DNA of 64,000 bases from Patescibacteria group bacterium (GTDB lineage Bacteria; Patescibacteriota; Patescibacteriia; CAIXNZ01), in the NCBI GenBank assembly GCA_041651155.1, contig JBAZJU010000004.1, positions 39,427 through 103,426 of the forward strand. Direction: 5' to 3'. Below the pieces are notes generated by a model. It was given only the letters and a program-made list of their open reading frames with translations, had not been told where the DNA came from and did not search any database. This document shows, piece by piece, positions 17,401 through 25,563 of the stretch. The position numbers and the translations under genes are program-made. Position 1 is the first letter of the stretch; each line of letters begins with the position of its first letter.

Positions 17401-19756
17401 AAATAAAGGCTGCCAAAAATTAGGCTTGCCAAGCTATGGAACGACAGGTGACCCGACATTTTCGGATAAATATCTGAAAAACGATCCCAACCTTTATGTT
17501 AACGCGCCAAACTCCATCATGTGCAGTGAAGAATCATTGGGTTGCAGTGAATTAATCAATGAGTCAGGAACTCCTGAATATTATAAAATAGACCAGACAA
17601 AACTCTGTGAATTCAAAACAGGTTTAGTGGCTGGAGTGAGTGTTGACGGCTGGTTTAAAAAAGGCAGTGCAACTTTGGGTTGCGGTTCTCTGCCGTATGA
17701 CCAGGCTAATTGTCCAGTTGGTGCAGGCGTTTGGAGCGAGAAATACAACCAGTGCGTGATTGTTTTAAATGATGTAACCAGCCAGGATATCTGCGTAGCT
17801 GGCAAGGGCGAATGGCTGGGCAGCAAATGTCTGGCTAATCCTTTTACAATTTATAAAATAGCTGAAGCCAATAAATATAATGGCTATGTTGGAATTTGTG
17901 AAAATAAATGGAATGGCTGTACCCAGTTTACAGATGTTAATCCAAATTTTGTCGCTAATAATAGTTTTGAAACAACAAGCGAAGGCGCGCTTTTGTCCTG
18001 GAATTCAGCAGCATCTGAGAGCTTGGGAATTTACAGGGTAGTTAGCGACAGAGTCCAGGAAGGCAATAATGCTTTGCAATTAATAAAACGAACAGAGCAA
18101 AATGCAAGCGGAGATACTTACGGGTTTGGCCAAACCATTTATCGTTTAGAAAAAGGCAAAACTTATAAAGTTTCTTTTTATTATCGTGTGCCAGCTGAGG
18201 CCAGCGGACGTGGCGAGAGCTGTCTGAGTCCGAGCGCTGCTTTTTCTTTTAATTCCTCAGACGGTATCTGTTCCAACCCTAATCATTTGACCAAAGAAAC
18301 ATGCACAGCCACAGAAACATGGAAAGCTGCGCCGCAAACTGCGGTAAATTATTATAACGCAGAAGGCGACTGGAAAAAAGTAGAAGTTTTGTATTCTGTG
18401 CCTCTGGGGATTTGTTCCACTCCTGGCAGACTGACTCAGGCAGATTGTCTGGCAGGCGGCGGCAGCTGGCAAGACCTTAAGCAGCTGCAGGATTATAAAT
18501 TGGTTTTATACGCGCCAGCTAATGCAAATTGTCCGGATTCTTATGTTTTATATGATCAGGTTGAGGTTAAAGATTATCAGGAAGACAGCTATTATGTCAT
18601 TGATCAAGGAGATAATCTTGATCGCTCCAGCTGCAATAGCATCAATTGGGATTCAGGTTGCGTGCAATTTTTGAATTCAAATACTAATTCTTACGAAATA
18701 ATTCAGGTTGCCAACGACCGCAATTGCGAGGAATGGGCAGTTTGCACCAGTCATTGTTCTGACACCGTGTCTGCCACAGAAGCGGACTGCAAAGCTAATG
18801 GACAAACCTGGAATGCTAGTCTCTGCACTGCCACGAATTTGTGCACTCAAGGAACAACAGATAACTGTACGGCCTATGCGCCTAAAAAAGATAATGTGCG
18901 CTATGGTTTAGACAGCGCGCCATTGGATGTAAAAAGAATAAGCGATTTTACAAACCAACAAGGCTATATTTACCGTTATGGCGCGGGTCCTTTGAGCCAG
19001 CTGACAGAGTGGCGGGCAGGTGACTATTCCGGCTATACAATTCCTGACCGTTTGCCGATTGAAGAGGAAATTAGTTTAGCGCCTGATCAGCAATTTAAGA
19101 CATTCCAGCCGGTTAATGATCTGGGAACCAATACTGATGATAGGCGCTATACTGAAGCGATTTGCAAAATTTTTCCCAGCGCTGACTCGCCAGTGCCTTA
19201 TGTTTTATCCCAGCAGCCGGGCTATGAAAATTTGAAGAGTTTATACAGTCAGACTTATGGTGAAAAATCCATGTCTTTTGAAGTGCTGCAAAGTAATTTG
19301 AATAAAATCGGCACAGGCTGTTTTTATGCCAAGGCAGAAGGCTCTGGCGTAACTACTTATGTGCCGCGCCTCCTGAACCCAGCCGCTGTCTGCACCTCGC
19401 CTTTAGATTTGCAAGGGAAAGTTTGCGAGATTAATGCGAATAATTGTAAAACCAGCTTTGGCGGGATTGAAACAGATGCCTGCAGTAATATTGAAAAAGT
19501 CACTGAGTTTAACGGCCTGGAAGGCATGTGTTTGGAATTTGACACTTTAAATCCGCTTTTTAGCACGATTTATAAAGATTTATATAAATCACTTGATGAA
19601 TCAGAAAATTTAACCGGGTCTGATTATCAGCCTTATGCGTGTTTAACATATTATCCGTTTTTGACTGATACCTGCCCGTTTCACGATGCAAATAATTGCG
19701 CTGCTGATCCCGGCTGCAATTGGACTGAGCCTTCAGGCCCTTGTATCCATAAATAA
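11411..19756 (+). CDS. Giant (~2780 aa) secreted/surface cysteine-rich protein with Cys-repeat arrays and CBM4/9-like beta-sandwich domains
   Basis: N-terminal signal/anchor. More than 100 Cys residues. Tandem C-x3-N-x-G-x-W repeats at about 14.76-15.2 kb. Three NxSFE...W carbohydrate-binding-like modules. ATG at 11411; the track uses TTG at 11405. Confidence 0.7.
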   Translation: MQKTKKTKLRKVIIGFIAVFFVVNSFSAILIFNVEQASAQDKAGSEVGVTAGIPVTNQAYAIERFLGSVTDELKAVFFKNILGNLLNKIASQTATWIATGAKGKGPYWITNLKQFTTDYAQGAITDMVVESIKNVTGINICEFDPRMAIDLALQIPMFPEYKGYQPNCDYTKLKNHWDEIGKSNLLTFNYSITAGGEFQKNSAQLSNSVSVDRTLLVWDKSLLQYLLKLSPCEPSGIGEITCVAPGMTENPEQYIKSQLQQIADALDTLTGKLASDVELMTKNAQLNTPVQLYVGSFIIQPERINDIKDAWNKEMDIWVTKANKINDQFSKCQNKTREQLLADPNCVSVLIELGFGALDVPGAQSSVLVPDPAAQTECQIIAGCMKADDCANIPACTGGDPICPPECTQADCKETPKPLGCIRTQNCQDCLDNIDDCSKVPARCKISGSQAVNTFQSEVTAKTTYVAATATSLISGFNYLKTQMNDNLNPANFEGGAAYSAKLAQGLFDPQANQFNTYKTLYEQMAKEGLGTFAEKQLQATVNQGWKNAEDKISGYINTPAELLKAKAVEDLTKNDTSLTYTKSIIADSLGVFLKTLWNKYMQKLLSSLSNSHQEQNTQQSLAALSGTSVTAPQSSSDQYTQRIISAQGVENYITKLAQQFTVNFSFKDVDLLSAFQTNLSGEVNPDLYNNVIDQNLAQAINDKLTIKEALAQNKLIGTYTFSWNEKADLGTYNLANLKKLRKARVIPLGLELAAELVRDCNYRQDLGADYAQYKDLDFDDTNFSNASLQGYSNTADPLKYQRLRNCLFKPLTESTSDAAAVRNYNSKRLNESVKATLAEVVSGFDKSGTGACGGNDLDEEESPFCNLVNPNWVLKLPVTKCSLPTEAEPYGEILQSNNDVSRYSHCPDFASCLQDDGKGGCVGENYGFCVKEKNVWQFNVNTCPADFNSCQTFKTDKSDNASLVSYLKNTLSGSDVCSAANAGCTSYLTKTDQASAWKDPFVIYKNRQDCETAGFGWLAEQNVCDPSRIYLNRNVNSCVVADEGCHEFMYYRNPTNNLLPDSSFEFAQDNTFPAHWDLLLQSEVSQDICTNLNDPAKNVGCQREGNCGYIKTCLNYNYKDKALCSENNGQWFPGGFCSDGSSPDQAACAANSGQWLYCVGGIKANAEKNDCANNAGQFREYCLTSLLKYNLCSNPQYDNQAACTSQNGTWHEECQKGGQVVTNLLRQDDCEDPNNGGTWVSFCQGAQLYNSTKAQCQKLLGAWQGEGPFTSLGSVSKNGNDTEQGLGKLQINIGSLTAGQELRLIYKNSFSDTSKVLTKAGDVYTASVYIKSDQALSSPIIFSLIGGQGESEISSNSITVGQSYEQVSSTLITSSPGNDLELRINLPAEQTGANIFIDTASLIMNSLDQVRSYDFVQSYQDYDLNSKVYYKKPAENLSCHGYGPNDPPPKLESNGCSDNGQTYCENTCNGYWDGTNIYSTAKFCYQYAPDNPSCSNFMKMCEPEEVGCQMYTPVNGDPSIPGVVSLTDYCPAECVGFQTYKQDPTLYEPEPDPLFNNFISETATSCTLDEVGCSQFTNLDSVAQGGEGIEYYSYIRQCIKPNLGLGEKTFFTWQSSASGPPQLVKYQYQSDKITGAPKTIDNSGDCTISLGAEDFNCIKFFDSAGIEYYRDNRKTITVADDCHPYRKTESTQANCVATNGRWQADINACLYDAIPSEGLACSAASNNCRAYVGNRGNNVYFQIYDTFENGQISDWFTGTDGTGTEGLLPSSESLVLGGHSLSVANSVREIHKSVSLAKGNLYTLSFWAKTDNSAGNNIGVKFNAGQAKSFAAVDDKKVALTTNWKNYNLGPILIDWDPSGNDSLNFSGLNSKIYLDNIVLKVVKDNVYVVKNSWNTPDSCNQNFFGAKAASDEIPPMLGCQAYTDTLGQTHNLKSFTSLCRSSAVGCQLLIDTQNSTSPNQQIFNGDNASYLDDYTVSQDQLAAYILNDSNRCTAENKGCQKLGLPSYGTTGDPTFSDKYLKNDPNLYVNAPNSIMCSEESLGCSELINESGTPEYYKIDQTKLCEFKTGLVAGVSVDGWFKKGSATLGCGSLPYDQANCPVGAGVWSEKYNQCVIVLNDVTSQDICVAGKGEWLGSKCLANPFTIYKIAEANKYNGYVGICENKWNGCTQFTDVNPNFVANNSFETTSEGALLSWNSAASESLGIYRVVSDRVQEGNNALQLIKRTEQNASGDTYGFGQTIYRLEKGKTYKVSFYYRVPAEASGRGESCLSPSAAFSFNSSDGICSNPNHLTKETCTATETWKAAPQTAVNYYNAEGDWKKVEVLYSVPLGICSTPGRLTQADCLAGGGSWQDLKQLQDYKLVLYAPANANCPDSYVLYDQVEVKDYQEDSYYVIDQGDNLDRSSCNSINWDSGCVQFLNSNTNSYEIIQVANDRNCEEWAVCTSHCSDTVSATEADCKANGQTWNASLCTATNLCTQGTTDNCTAYAPKKDNVRYGLDSAPLDVKRISDFTNQQGYIYRYGAGPLSQLTEWRAGDYSGYTIPDRLPIEEEISLAPDQQFKTFQPVNDLGTNTDDRRYTEAICKIFPSADSPVPYVLSQQPGYENLKSLYSQTYGEKSMSFEVLQSNLNKIGTGCFYAKAEGSGVTTYVPRLLNPAAVCTSPLDLQGKVCEINANNCKTSFGGIETDACSNIEKVTEFNGLEGMCLEFDTLNPLFSTIYKDLYKSLDESENLTGSDYQPYACLTYYPFLTDTCPFHDANNCAADPGCNWTEPSGPCIHK

Positions 19757-19764
19757 AAAAATAA

Positions 19765-22700
19765 ATGTTGGCTAAAATAAAAAATTTTTTTCTGCACAAT
19801 AAGACTGCCCAAATATATTTATTAAATGTGGGGCTGGTTGTTTTTATTTTGTTAATTGTTTTTTATCCGTTAACTGTCCATGCAGATATACTAAGCGGTA
19901 TTGTTAGCAATGCTTTTAATTCCGGCATTTCTATTATTATATTTATCCTGAATGCTTTTATTAAATTGTTCGGCTCGCTTTTAACAGTGGTCATGGGCGT
20001 TTTGACCTGGATTGCCCAGTATAATAAATTTATTGATAATCCATACGTCAATGAGGGCTGGGTGATTTTGCGCGATTTGGTCAATATGTTTTTTGTTTTA
20101 GGCCTGCTTTTTATTGCTTTTGTGACTGTTTTGGGCATTGAAAAACAGCCCTGGAATAAGCTTTTAGCCAGGCTTTTGATCATGGCGATCATGGTTAATT
20201 TTAGCAAGACCATTTGCGGCTTAATCATTGATTTTTTTCAGGTTTTAATGCTGACGTTTGTTAATGCTTTTAAAGATATAACTTCAGGTAATATTGAAAA
20301 AGCTTTAGGTATGGAAAATTGGTTTAAAATTCTTCCAACTGCTACTGGTGCCCAAGGAGAAATTACAGGAGGTACAGACTGGAGGCAGGGTTTAACAGCA
20401 GTGGCCGGCAGTTTATTAGGTCTGATTTATGTGATGGTTGCGTTTATTGTTGTCCTTATTTTTTGTGTGGTTTTGGCTTTTAGAATGGTTGCTTTGTGGA
20501 TTTTGGTAGTTTTTTCACCTTTGGCATTTTTTGCCTGGGCCTTTGAAGGCGCTGCTGGCAAGGTTGGCAAATTTGCCAATGAATGGTGGGATCAATTTTT
20601 CAATTATTGCGTGGTGGGACCTTGCATTGCTTTTTTCTTATGGATCTCTCTAATTACCATGGCGAAATTAAATTATGATCAGATGAATACATCTGTCACG
20701 GCAGCTGATCGGGCAAAGATAAATGCTGATATAGGAGCTGGTTCCAGCATGGATCAAGTTTTATCAGTTTTAATCGGCATTATAATGCTGGTTTCTGGCT
20801 TAACAATGTGTTCAAAATACGCTGGCGCAGCAGCCGGAGTCATGACCAAAGGCGCTAATTTTATCAAAGATCAGACAGCAGGCAGGCTGGAGCGGGCGGC
20901 AACTAGAGTTGGACGCGAAACTGCTGGAGTAGTTGGTGCGCCATTCAGAGCAGCTGGCGCAATGGCTAAATTGCCTTTTAAGGCTTTAAAGCCATTTGCC
21001 ACCGGGGCGGCTGAAGGTGCAAAGGAAAGATTGCAGAGAGGTCCTTTTTCAAGACTTTTAACAAAAGAAGGTCGCGCTCAAACAGCTGAAGCTATGAGAG
21101 AAAGAGGCAGAGCTCTTGTTCCAGGCGTCGGTCGTTTGGGTATTAGAGAAATGCGTGCTAAACAAGCGGAAGATTTTAAAAAAATCAGAAAGGATATAAA
21201 TTGGGAAAATCCAGATCAAATTAGAAAAATACAAGAAGCAGCCATAGAAAGAGATCCAAAAACCAGTAAAATTACCAGAGTAGAAAATAAAGACAGGCGT
21301 TTTTGGGAATCAACTTATACAGCTTTGGCTGATGCCGGCAAATTAAAATACAGTGATATTGAAGACATGAAAAGTTTACCTTTTTACCAAGAAATGCAAA
21401 CGGAGTCAGGCGATAGAGGCAGACAAGTCTTTTTAGAAGATATGGAAAAAAGATATGAAAAGAAGACTCAAATTAAAAAAGCTTTTTCCTCCTTGATTTA
21501 TAATGCCGATACTAATGAATACGATGATATTGAGGATTTAGAAGAAAGAAGCGACACTGCCAAAAGCAGAGCCAAAACAGCTGGTCGTGATTTAAGCGGC
21601 ATTGATTTTAATAAAATAAGACGCAAAAAAGACGATGGGACATATGAATTTGATGTTAATAGTGATGAGTACAAAAATTTGGCCAAAAATGACCCTGATA
21701 ATTTAGCATATTTACAAAATCTTCAAGCACAAGGAACCGGAACCAAATCGGATTTTTATGCTTTAGCCAGATCAACGGAAATTAGGGAGAAAAAATTCAA
21801 TGAGATTAGAAAAGCAGCCGCTACTGCTTCAGAACCCAATCTTAATGAAGCAGGGAAACAGGCTAATTTAGGCGATATTATTCAAAATCCGCCCGATTAT
21901 GCAGTGGCAGAAATTGACGGCTTTACAGACCAAATACCCAGAATTGGCAAACTTGATAAAATTGCCCGGGATAATGTCAATGCCAAGGCCAGATTTTTAA
22001 TGGGAGATAATCGTGAGCGGGCGGCTTTAATTGAAGCCAATAAAAATCTTTTTGATAAATCTTTGCATCGTCAGGAAAATGAAACAGAAAATGAGCATGC
22101 AACGCGGTTAGGGGGCATGTCGCAAATTAAAAAAATTGATGATATTAAAGGTAAAATGAAAGAGGAACAGCTTGAAAAATTTCAGAATTTAATCATTGAA
22201 TCAAGCTCACAATTTAATGCCATCGGCCAGAAATTACCAGGGGGAGAAGGCCAATCAAGCGCTAACCTGGATTCCATAATACGCCAAAAGAGAGTGCAAA
22301 GTGGTGTCACAGCTGGCCTTAAAGCATTTATACCGAATGTTAATGATTTGGAATTTGTTGATGCCCAGGCAGCGCAAATGTTAGCTCAAACAGCAGACTT
22401 CCCAAGAGAAGACAGGATAAACAAAATTTCAATTCGCTTGGCGGTTAGAAAAAACCTGCCAGAAGAAAATAGGAATAAAATTGCAGAATATTTGATTGAC
22501 AATGAAGTTATTGTTAGAACTCGCGAGAAAAAAGAGGAAGCTGTGAAAGAAAAAGTAAAAGTAAATATCAAGACAACCATTGATGAAGTGAAAAAGCAGG
22601 TGCAAAGCAGAGTAATTGATCAGGGTAAAATAGAATTTGCCATTGATAATATTATTTTCAGGATAAATAAAGAAATTACAGAAGGCGCTTTGCCAGAGGA

Positions 22701-22863
22701 AACTTTTAAGCCCGAGTTATTAAAGCAAGAGTTATCAAAGCTGGTAGAGATGTTGGGTAAATTTGAAAGTAAAGAAGAGGCAACTTCAGCAGTCAAAAAA
22801 GTTGAAGACGCTGTTGAGGCCTTGGGTTATAAAGTTAAAACTCAAAAAGGGAAAAAGAAATAA
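19765..22863 (+). CDS. VirB6/TrbL-like polytopic membrane protein with long C-terminal charged (K/E-rich) domain
   Basis: About 8 TM helices in the first ~340 aa, then ~690 aa of hydrophilic coiled-coil-like sequence. Sits beside the VirB4 ATPase. Confidence 0.5.
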   Translation: MLAKIKNFFLHNKTAQIYLLNVGLVVFILLIVFYPLTVHADILSGIVSNAFNSGISIIIFILNAFIKLFGSLLTVVMGVLTWIAQYNKFIDNPYVNEGWVILRDLVNMFFVLGLLFIAFVTVLGIEKQPWNKLLARLLIMAIMVNFSKTICGLIIDFFQVLMLTFVNAFKDITSGNIEKALGMENWFKILPTATGAQGEITGGTDWRQGLTAVAGSLLGLIYVMVAFIVVLIFCVVLAFRMVALWILVVFSPLAFFAWAFEGAAGKVGKFANEWWDQFFNYCVVGPCIAFFLWISLITMAKLNYDQMNTSVTAADRAKINADIGAGSSMDQVLSVLIGIIMLVSGLTMCSKYAGAAAGVMTKGANFIKDQTAGRLERAATRVGRETAGVVGAPFRAAGAMAKLPFKALKPFATGAAEGAKERLQRGPFSRLLTKEGRAQTAEAMRERGRALVPGVGRLGIREMRAKQAEDFKKIRKDINWENPDQIRKIQEAAIERDPKTSKITRVENKDRRFWESTYTALADAGKLKYSDIEDMKSLPFYQEMQTESGDRGRQVFLEDMEKRYEKKTQIKKAFSSLIYNADTNEYDDIEDLEERSDTAKSRAKTAGRDLSGIDFNKIRRKKDDGTYEFDVNSDEYKNLAKNDPDNLAYLQNLQAQGTGTKSDFYALARSTEIREKKFNEIRKAAATASEPNLNEAGKQANLGDIIQNPPDYAVAEIDGFTDQIPRIGKLDKIARDNVNAKARFLMGDNRERAALIEANKNLFDKSLHRQENETENEHATRLGGMSQIKKIDDIKGKMKEEQLEKFQNLIIESSSQFNAIGQKLPGGEGQSSANLDSIIRQKRVQSGVTAGLKAFIPNVNDLEFVDAQAAQMLAQTADFPREDRINKISIRLAVRKNLPEENRNKIAEYLIDNEVIVRTREKKEEAVKEKVKVNIKTTIDEVKKQVQSRVIDQGKIEFAIDNIIFRINKEITEGALPEETFKPELLKQELSKLVEMLGKFESKEEATSAVKKVEDAVEALGYKVKTQKGKKK

Positions 22864-22878
22864 TTTTCAAATAAAGAT

Positions 22879-24210
22879 ATGCCGGAAAGAAATTATAAAA
22901 TAGAAAATTTAGGGAATTTTCAAGACATATTTTTTCAGGTATTAAAAAAAAATAATGTGGAAGCCGAAACTGAAAAGATTTTTGATTTTTTAGTCCAAAC
23001 AATTTTAGGCAGGTTTAACGTTTTGCAGTTGAGCAATTCATTTGAAAGTGATTTGAATCTTGATTTTGAAACCGCCAATAGTTTGGCATATGATTTAAAA
23101 ATTAAGATTTTGGATAAAAAATCTGATCTGGACGAGGTAAAAAACAAGTTGCAAGGCAAAACCTGGCAAAAATATTCTCCGCTGGCCATTGCTGATGAGT
23201 TTTTGGCTAAATTAAATTATTCGCTAAAGGATGAAAATAAGAAAAAAAGATATTACGAAGCGATTTTGAGCTGGCTAAAGGAAGTGCGCGATCTGCCTGA
23301 ACTGAAAGATATTTTGACCCGTTCAGAAAAAATTGGCGGCATAGGCATGAGTGAAGAAGTTTTTAATCGACTTTATGATTTGCTTGTTGCTAAAAAAGAG
23401 GAAATCAGAAAAGAAAAGGTTGATTTGATCAAAATAATTGCGGATTATGAGTTAGGACAGAAAAAAGAAACTGTGGCTATGCCAAGTGGAATTAAGGAAG
23501 AAGAGATAGATGTTTCGGCCAGACCAAAACAAATTTCCATTGTTAAAGAAAATCCAACCGGGGGTGATGTTACCATTGACCATTTACTAAAGGAAAAAGG
23601 GGTGCCCTTTGAGGAATTAGCGCAAAAGGAAGAGATAAAGAGGCAGCTTGGCGAAATAGCAAAAATTGCTTCCAAGCCGGAAGCCCCCTTAGTTGAAGAG
23701 ATTAAGGCGAATGAAGAATTCATAGAAAGCCGAAAAGAAATTGAACCGCCAGCCCAAACAAATTACCAGCTCAGGCAGCCAGTTATACATCCAGAAATGC
23801 CGATACCTTCAGAGCTTAAAACCGAATTTAAGCAGCCGATGGTTAAAAACACTGACAACGAGATCAGGCCGAAATTAGATGACGTGAAATTTACCCCTCA
23901 ATTATACGGGCCCGTTGATGAATTAGGAGCCTTTAAAATTGAGGATCTGCGCCGCTTATCTAAAGATCCGCAGGTCGCAGTCCAGAAAATAAAATCCAAA
24001 ATTGAACTTTTAGAAGACGATTCGCTTGTTAAGAGAAATGAAGGCCTCAAGGCCTTAAAAAACAGTCCGCTTTATAAAGCTTATGCTGAAATTATGAACA
24101 CAGCAATTAAAGAAGGCAAATCATTTGCTCAAGTCATAGCAGCGAAGCCAATTATGACTCTGGCCGAGTTTAAAGCAGTAATGGATTTAAATAAAAGTCT
24201 AAAGTATTGA
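22879..24210 (+). CDS. Hypothetical charged/coiled-coil protein (T4SS-locus associated)
   Basis: 443 aa, K/E-rich, no recognisable motif. Confidence 0.45.
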   Translation: MPERNYKIENLGNFQDIFFQVLKKNNVEAETEKIFDFLVQTILGRFNVLQLSNSFESDLNLDFETANSLAYDLKIKILDKKSDLDEVKNKLQGKTWQKYSPLAIADEFLAKLNYSLKDENKKKRYYEAILSWLKEVRDLPELKDILTRSEKIGGIGMSEEVFNRLYDLLVAKKEEIRKEKVDLIKIIADYELGQKKETVAMPSGIKEEEIDVSARPKQISIVKENPTGGDVTIDHLLKEKGVPFEELAQKEEIKRQLGEIAKIASKPEAPLVEEIKANEEFIESRKEIEPPAQTNYQLRQPVIHPEMPIPSELKTEFKQPMVKNTDNEIRPKLDDVKFTPQLYGPVDELGAFKIEDLRRLSKDPQVAVQKIKSKIELLEDDSLVKRNEGLKALKNSPLYKAYAEIMNTAIKEGKSFAQVIAAKPIMTLAEFKAVMDLNKSLKY

Positions 24211-24331
24211 AGCCTATAGGCTATTTTGTGGAATTAAAATTACCTTCGGCGTATTTGAAATCCGCCGAAGCAAAAGAAGGTTATCTAATAGATTTATTTT
24301 TGTAACATTCCGCGTAGGCGGATAAAAATTT

Positions 24332-24778
24332 ATGGCTGATGAAGTACAGGAGACGCAATCATTATCGCATTTTTTAGTGCCGCAATTCATTGATATAGAA
24401 TCAAAAATTATCGGGCCAATCACCACCAGGCAATTTCTGATTATGATGGTTGCCGGCATGCTGGATTTTATTTTTTATAAGATATTTTATTTTAATACAT
24501 TTTTAGCCGTGGGGATCATAGTTTCAGGCATTTTTGGCGTAGTTGCTTTTGTAAAAATTAATGGCATGCCTTTTCACTTTTTTTCCCTGAATGTAATTCA
24601 GACATTAAAAAAATCCAAACTAAGGCTGTGGTCAAAAGAAGCAATTACGGCTCTGCCGCCGGTTGAAAAGGCAGAGGTTAAAAAAGAATTTATAGCCAAG
24701 CCTGCTTTGGTCAGTTCCAGGCTGTCCAGCTTATCTTTAGTGGTCAATACAGGCGGCGCTTATCGGGAAGAAGAATAA
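24332..24778 (+). CDS. Small two-TM membrane protein (possible VirB3/PrgI-like T4SS component)
   Basis: 148 aa, two adjacent hydrophobic helices, immediately upstream of the VirB4 pieces. Confidence 0.35.
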   Translation: MADEVQETQSLSHFLVPQFIDIESKIIGPITTRQFLIMMVAGMLDFIFYKIFYFNTFLAVGIIVSGIFGVVAFVKINGMPFHFFSLNVIQTLKKSKLRLWSKEAITALPPVEKAEVKKEFIAKPALVSSRLSSLSLVVNTGGAYREEE

Positions 24779-24794
24779 TTATAATTAACCGCAG

Positions 24795-24850
24795 ATTTTA
24801 TTCACAGATAACACAGATTTGTGAATAGTATCAGTGTAAATCTGTGATAA
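24795..24850 (+). promoter_or_regulatory. Operator-like TCACAGA/TCTGTGA direct and inverted repeat cluster upstream of the virB4 N-terminal ORF
   Basis: attcacagataacacagatttgtgaat, then repeated aatctgtg. The same heptamer family occurs at 58131-58195. Confidence 0.35.
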
Positions 24851-24882
24851 TTAATCTGTGTTTAAGATATCAAATCAAATCT

Positions 24883-25536
24883 ATGGCAAAATCATCAACC
24901 CAAAAATATCTGGATATTGCGGAAATAAGGGAAGATACGGTTATTTTAAAAGACGGCACCTTACGCTCGGTAATTTTGTGTTCCAGCATTAATTTTGCTT
25001 TAAAATCAGAAGAAGAACAAAATGCTTTGATTTTTGGCTACATAGAGTTTTTAAATTCTTTAGATCATCCTATGCAGATTGTTATCCAGTCAAGAAAACT
25101 GGAAGTTGATAATTATCTTAGAAGACTTAGAGAGGCGCAGAGAGTGCAAACTAATGAATTATTAAAAATACAAATAGCCAGCTATATTGATTATATTCAA
25201 GAGCTGATTGAAATTGGTGAAATAATGACCAAGAAGTTTTTTATTATCATCCCTTATAATCCCTTAGGTGATAAAACCAAAAGCTTTTGGTCCAGATTGA
25301 GTGAGGTTTTTAGCGCCAGCCGGTCTATTAAAATAAAAAAGGAAAAGTTTTTGGGATATAAAGAAGCTTTAAACCTGCGCTTGGCTAATGTCCAAACCAA
25401 TCTGAAAGGCATGGGTCTTGATTCAGCGGTTTTGGATACGCAGAGTTTAATAGAACTTTATTATAGCGTGTATAACCCAAAAACAAGCCAAAACCAAAAA
25501 TTACGGGATATCAGCCAGCTTGGGATTGAACGCTAA
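24883..25536 (+). CDS. VirB4/TrbE N-terminal domain encoded as a separate ORF
   Basis: IAEIREDTVILKDGTLRSVI...SEEEQNALIFGYIEFLN matches the VirB4 N-terminal region. Same frame as the downstream ATPase ORF, separated by one TAA. Confidence 0.55.
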   Translation: MAKSSTQKYLDIAEIREDTVILKDGTLRSVILCSSINFALKSEEEQNALIFGYIEFLNSLDHPMQIVIQSRKLEVDNYLRRLREAQRVQTNELLKIQIASYIDYIQELIEIGEIMTKKFFIIIPYNPLGDKTKSFWSRLSEVFSASRSIKIKKEKFLGYKEALNLRLANVQTNLKGMGLDSAVLDTQSLIELYYSVYNPKTSQNQKLRDISQLGIER

Positions 25537-25563
25537 ATTATATTTTTTAAAATAAATTTTTTT

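Noticed and set aside
12019-18911. Numerous 60-120-aa ORFs on either strand inside the giant gene (e.g. 12019-12372, 15600-15893, 18708-18911)
   Set aside because: They are embedded in a continuous 8.3-kb ORF with consistent coding character, so they are spurious antisense or alternate-frame reads.
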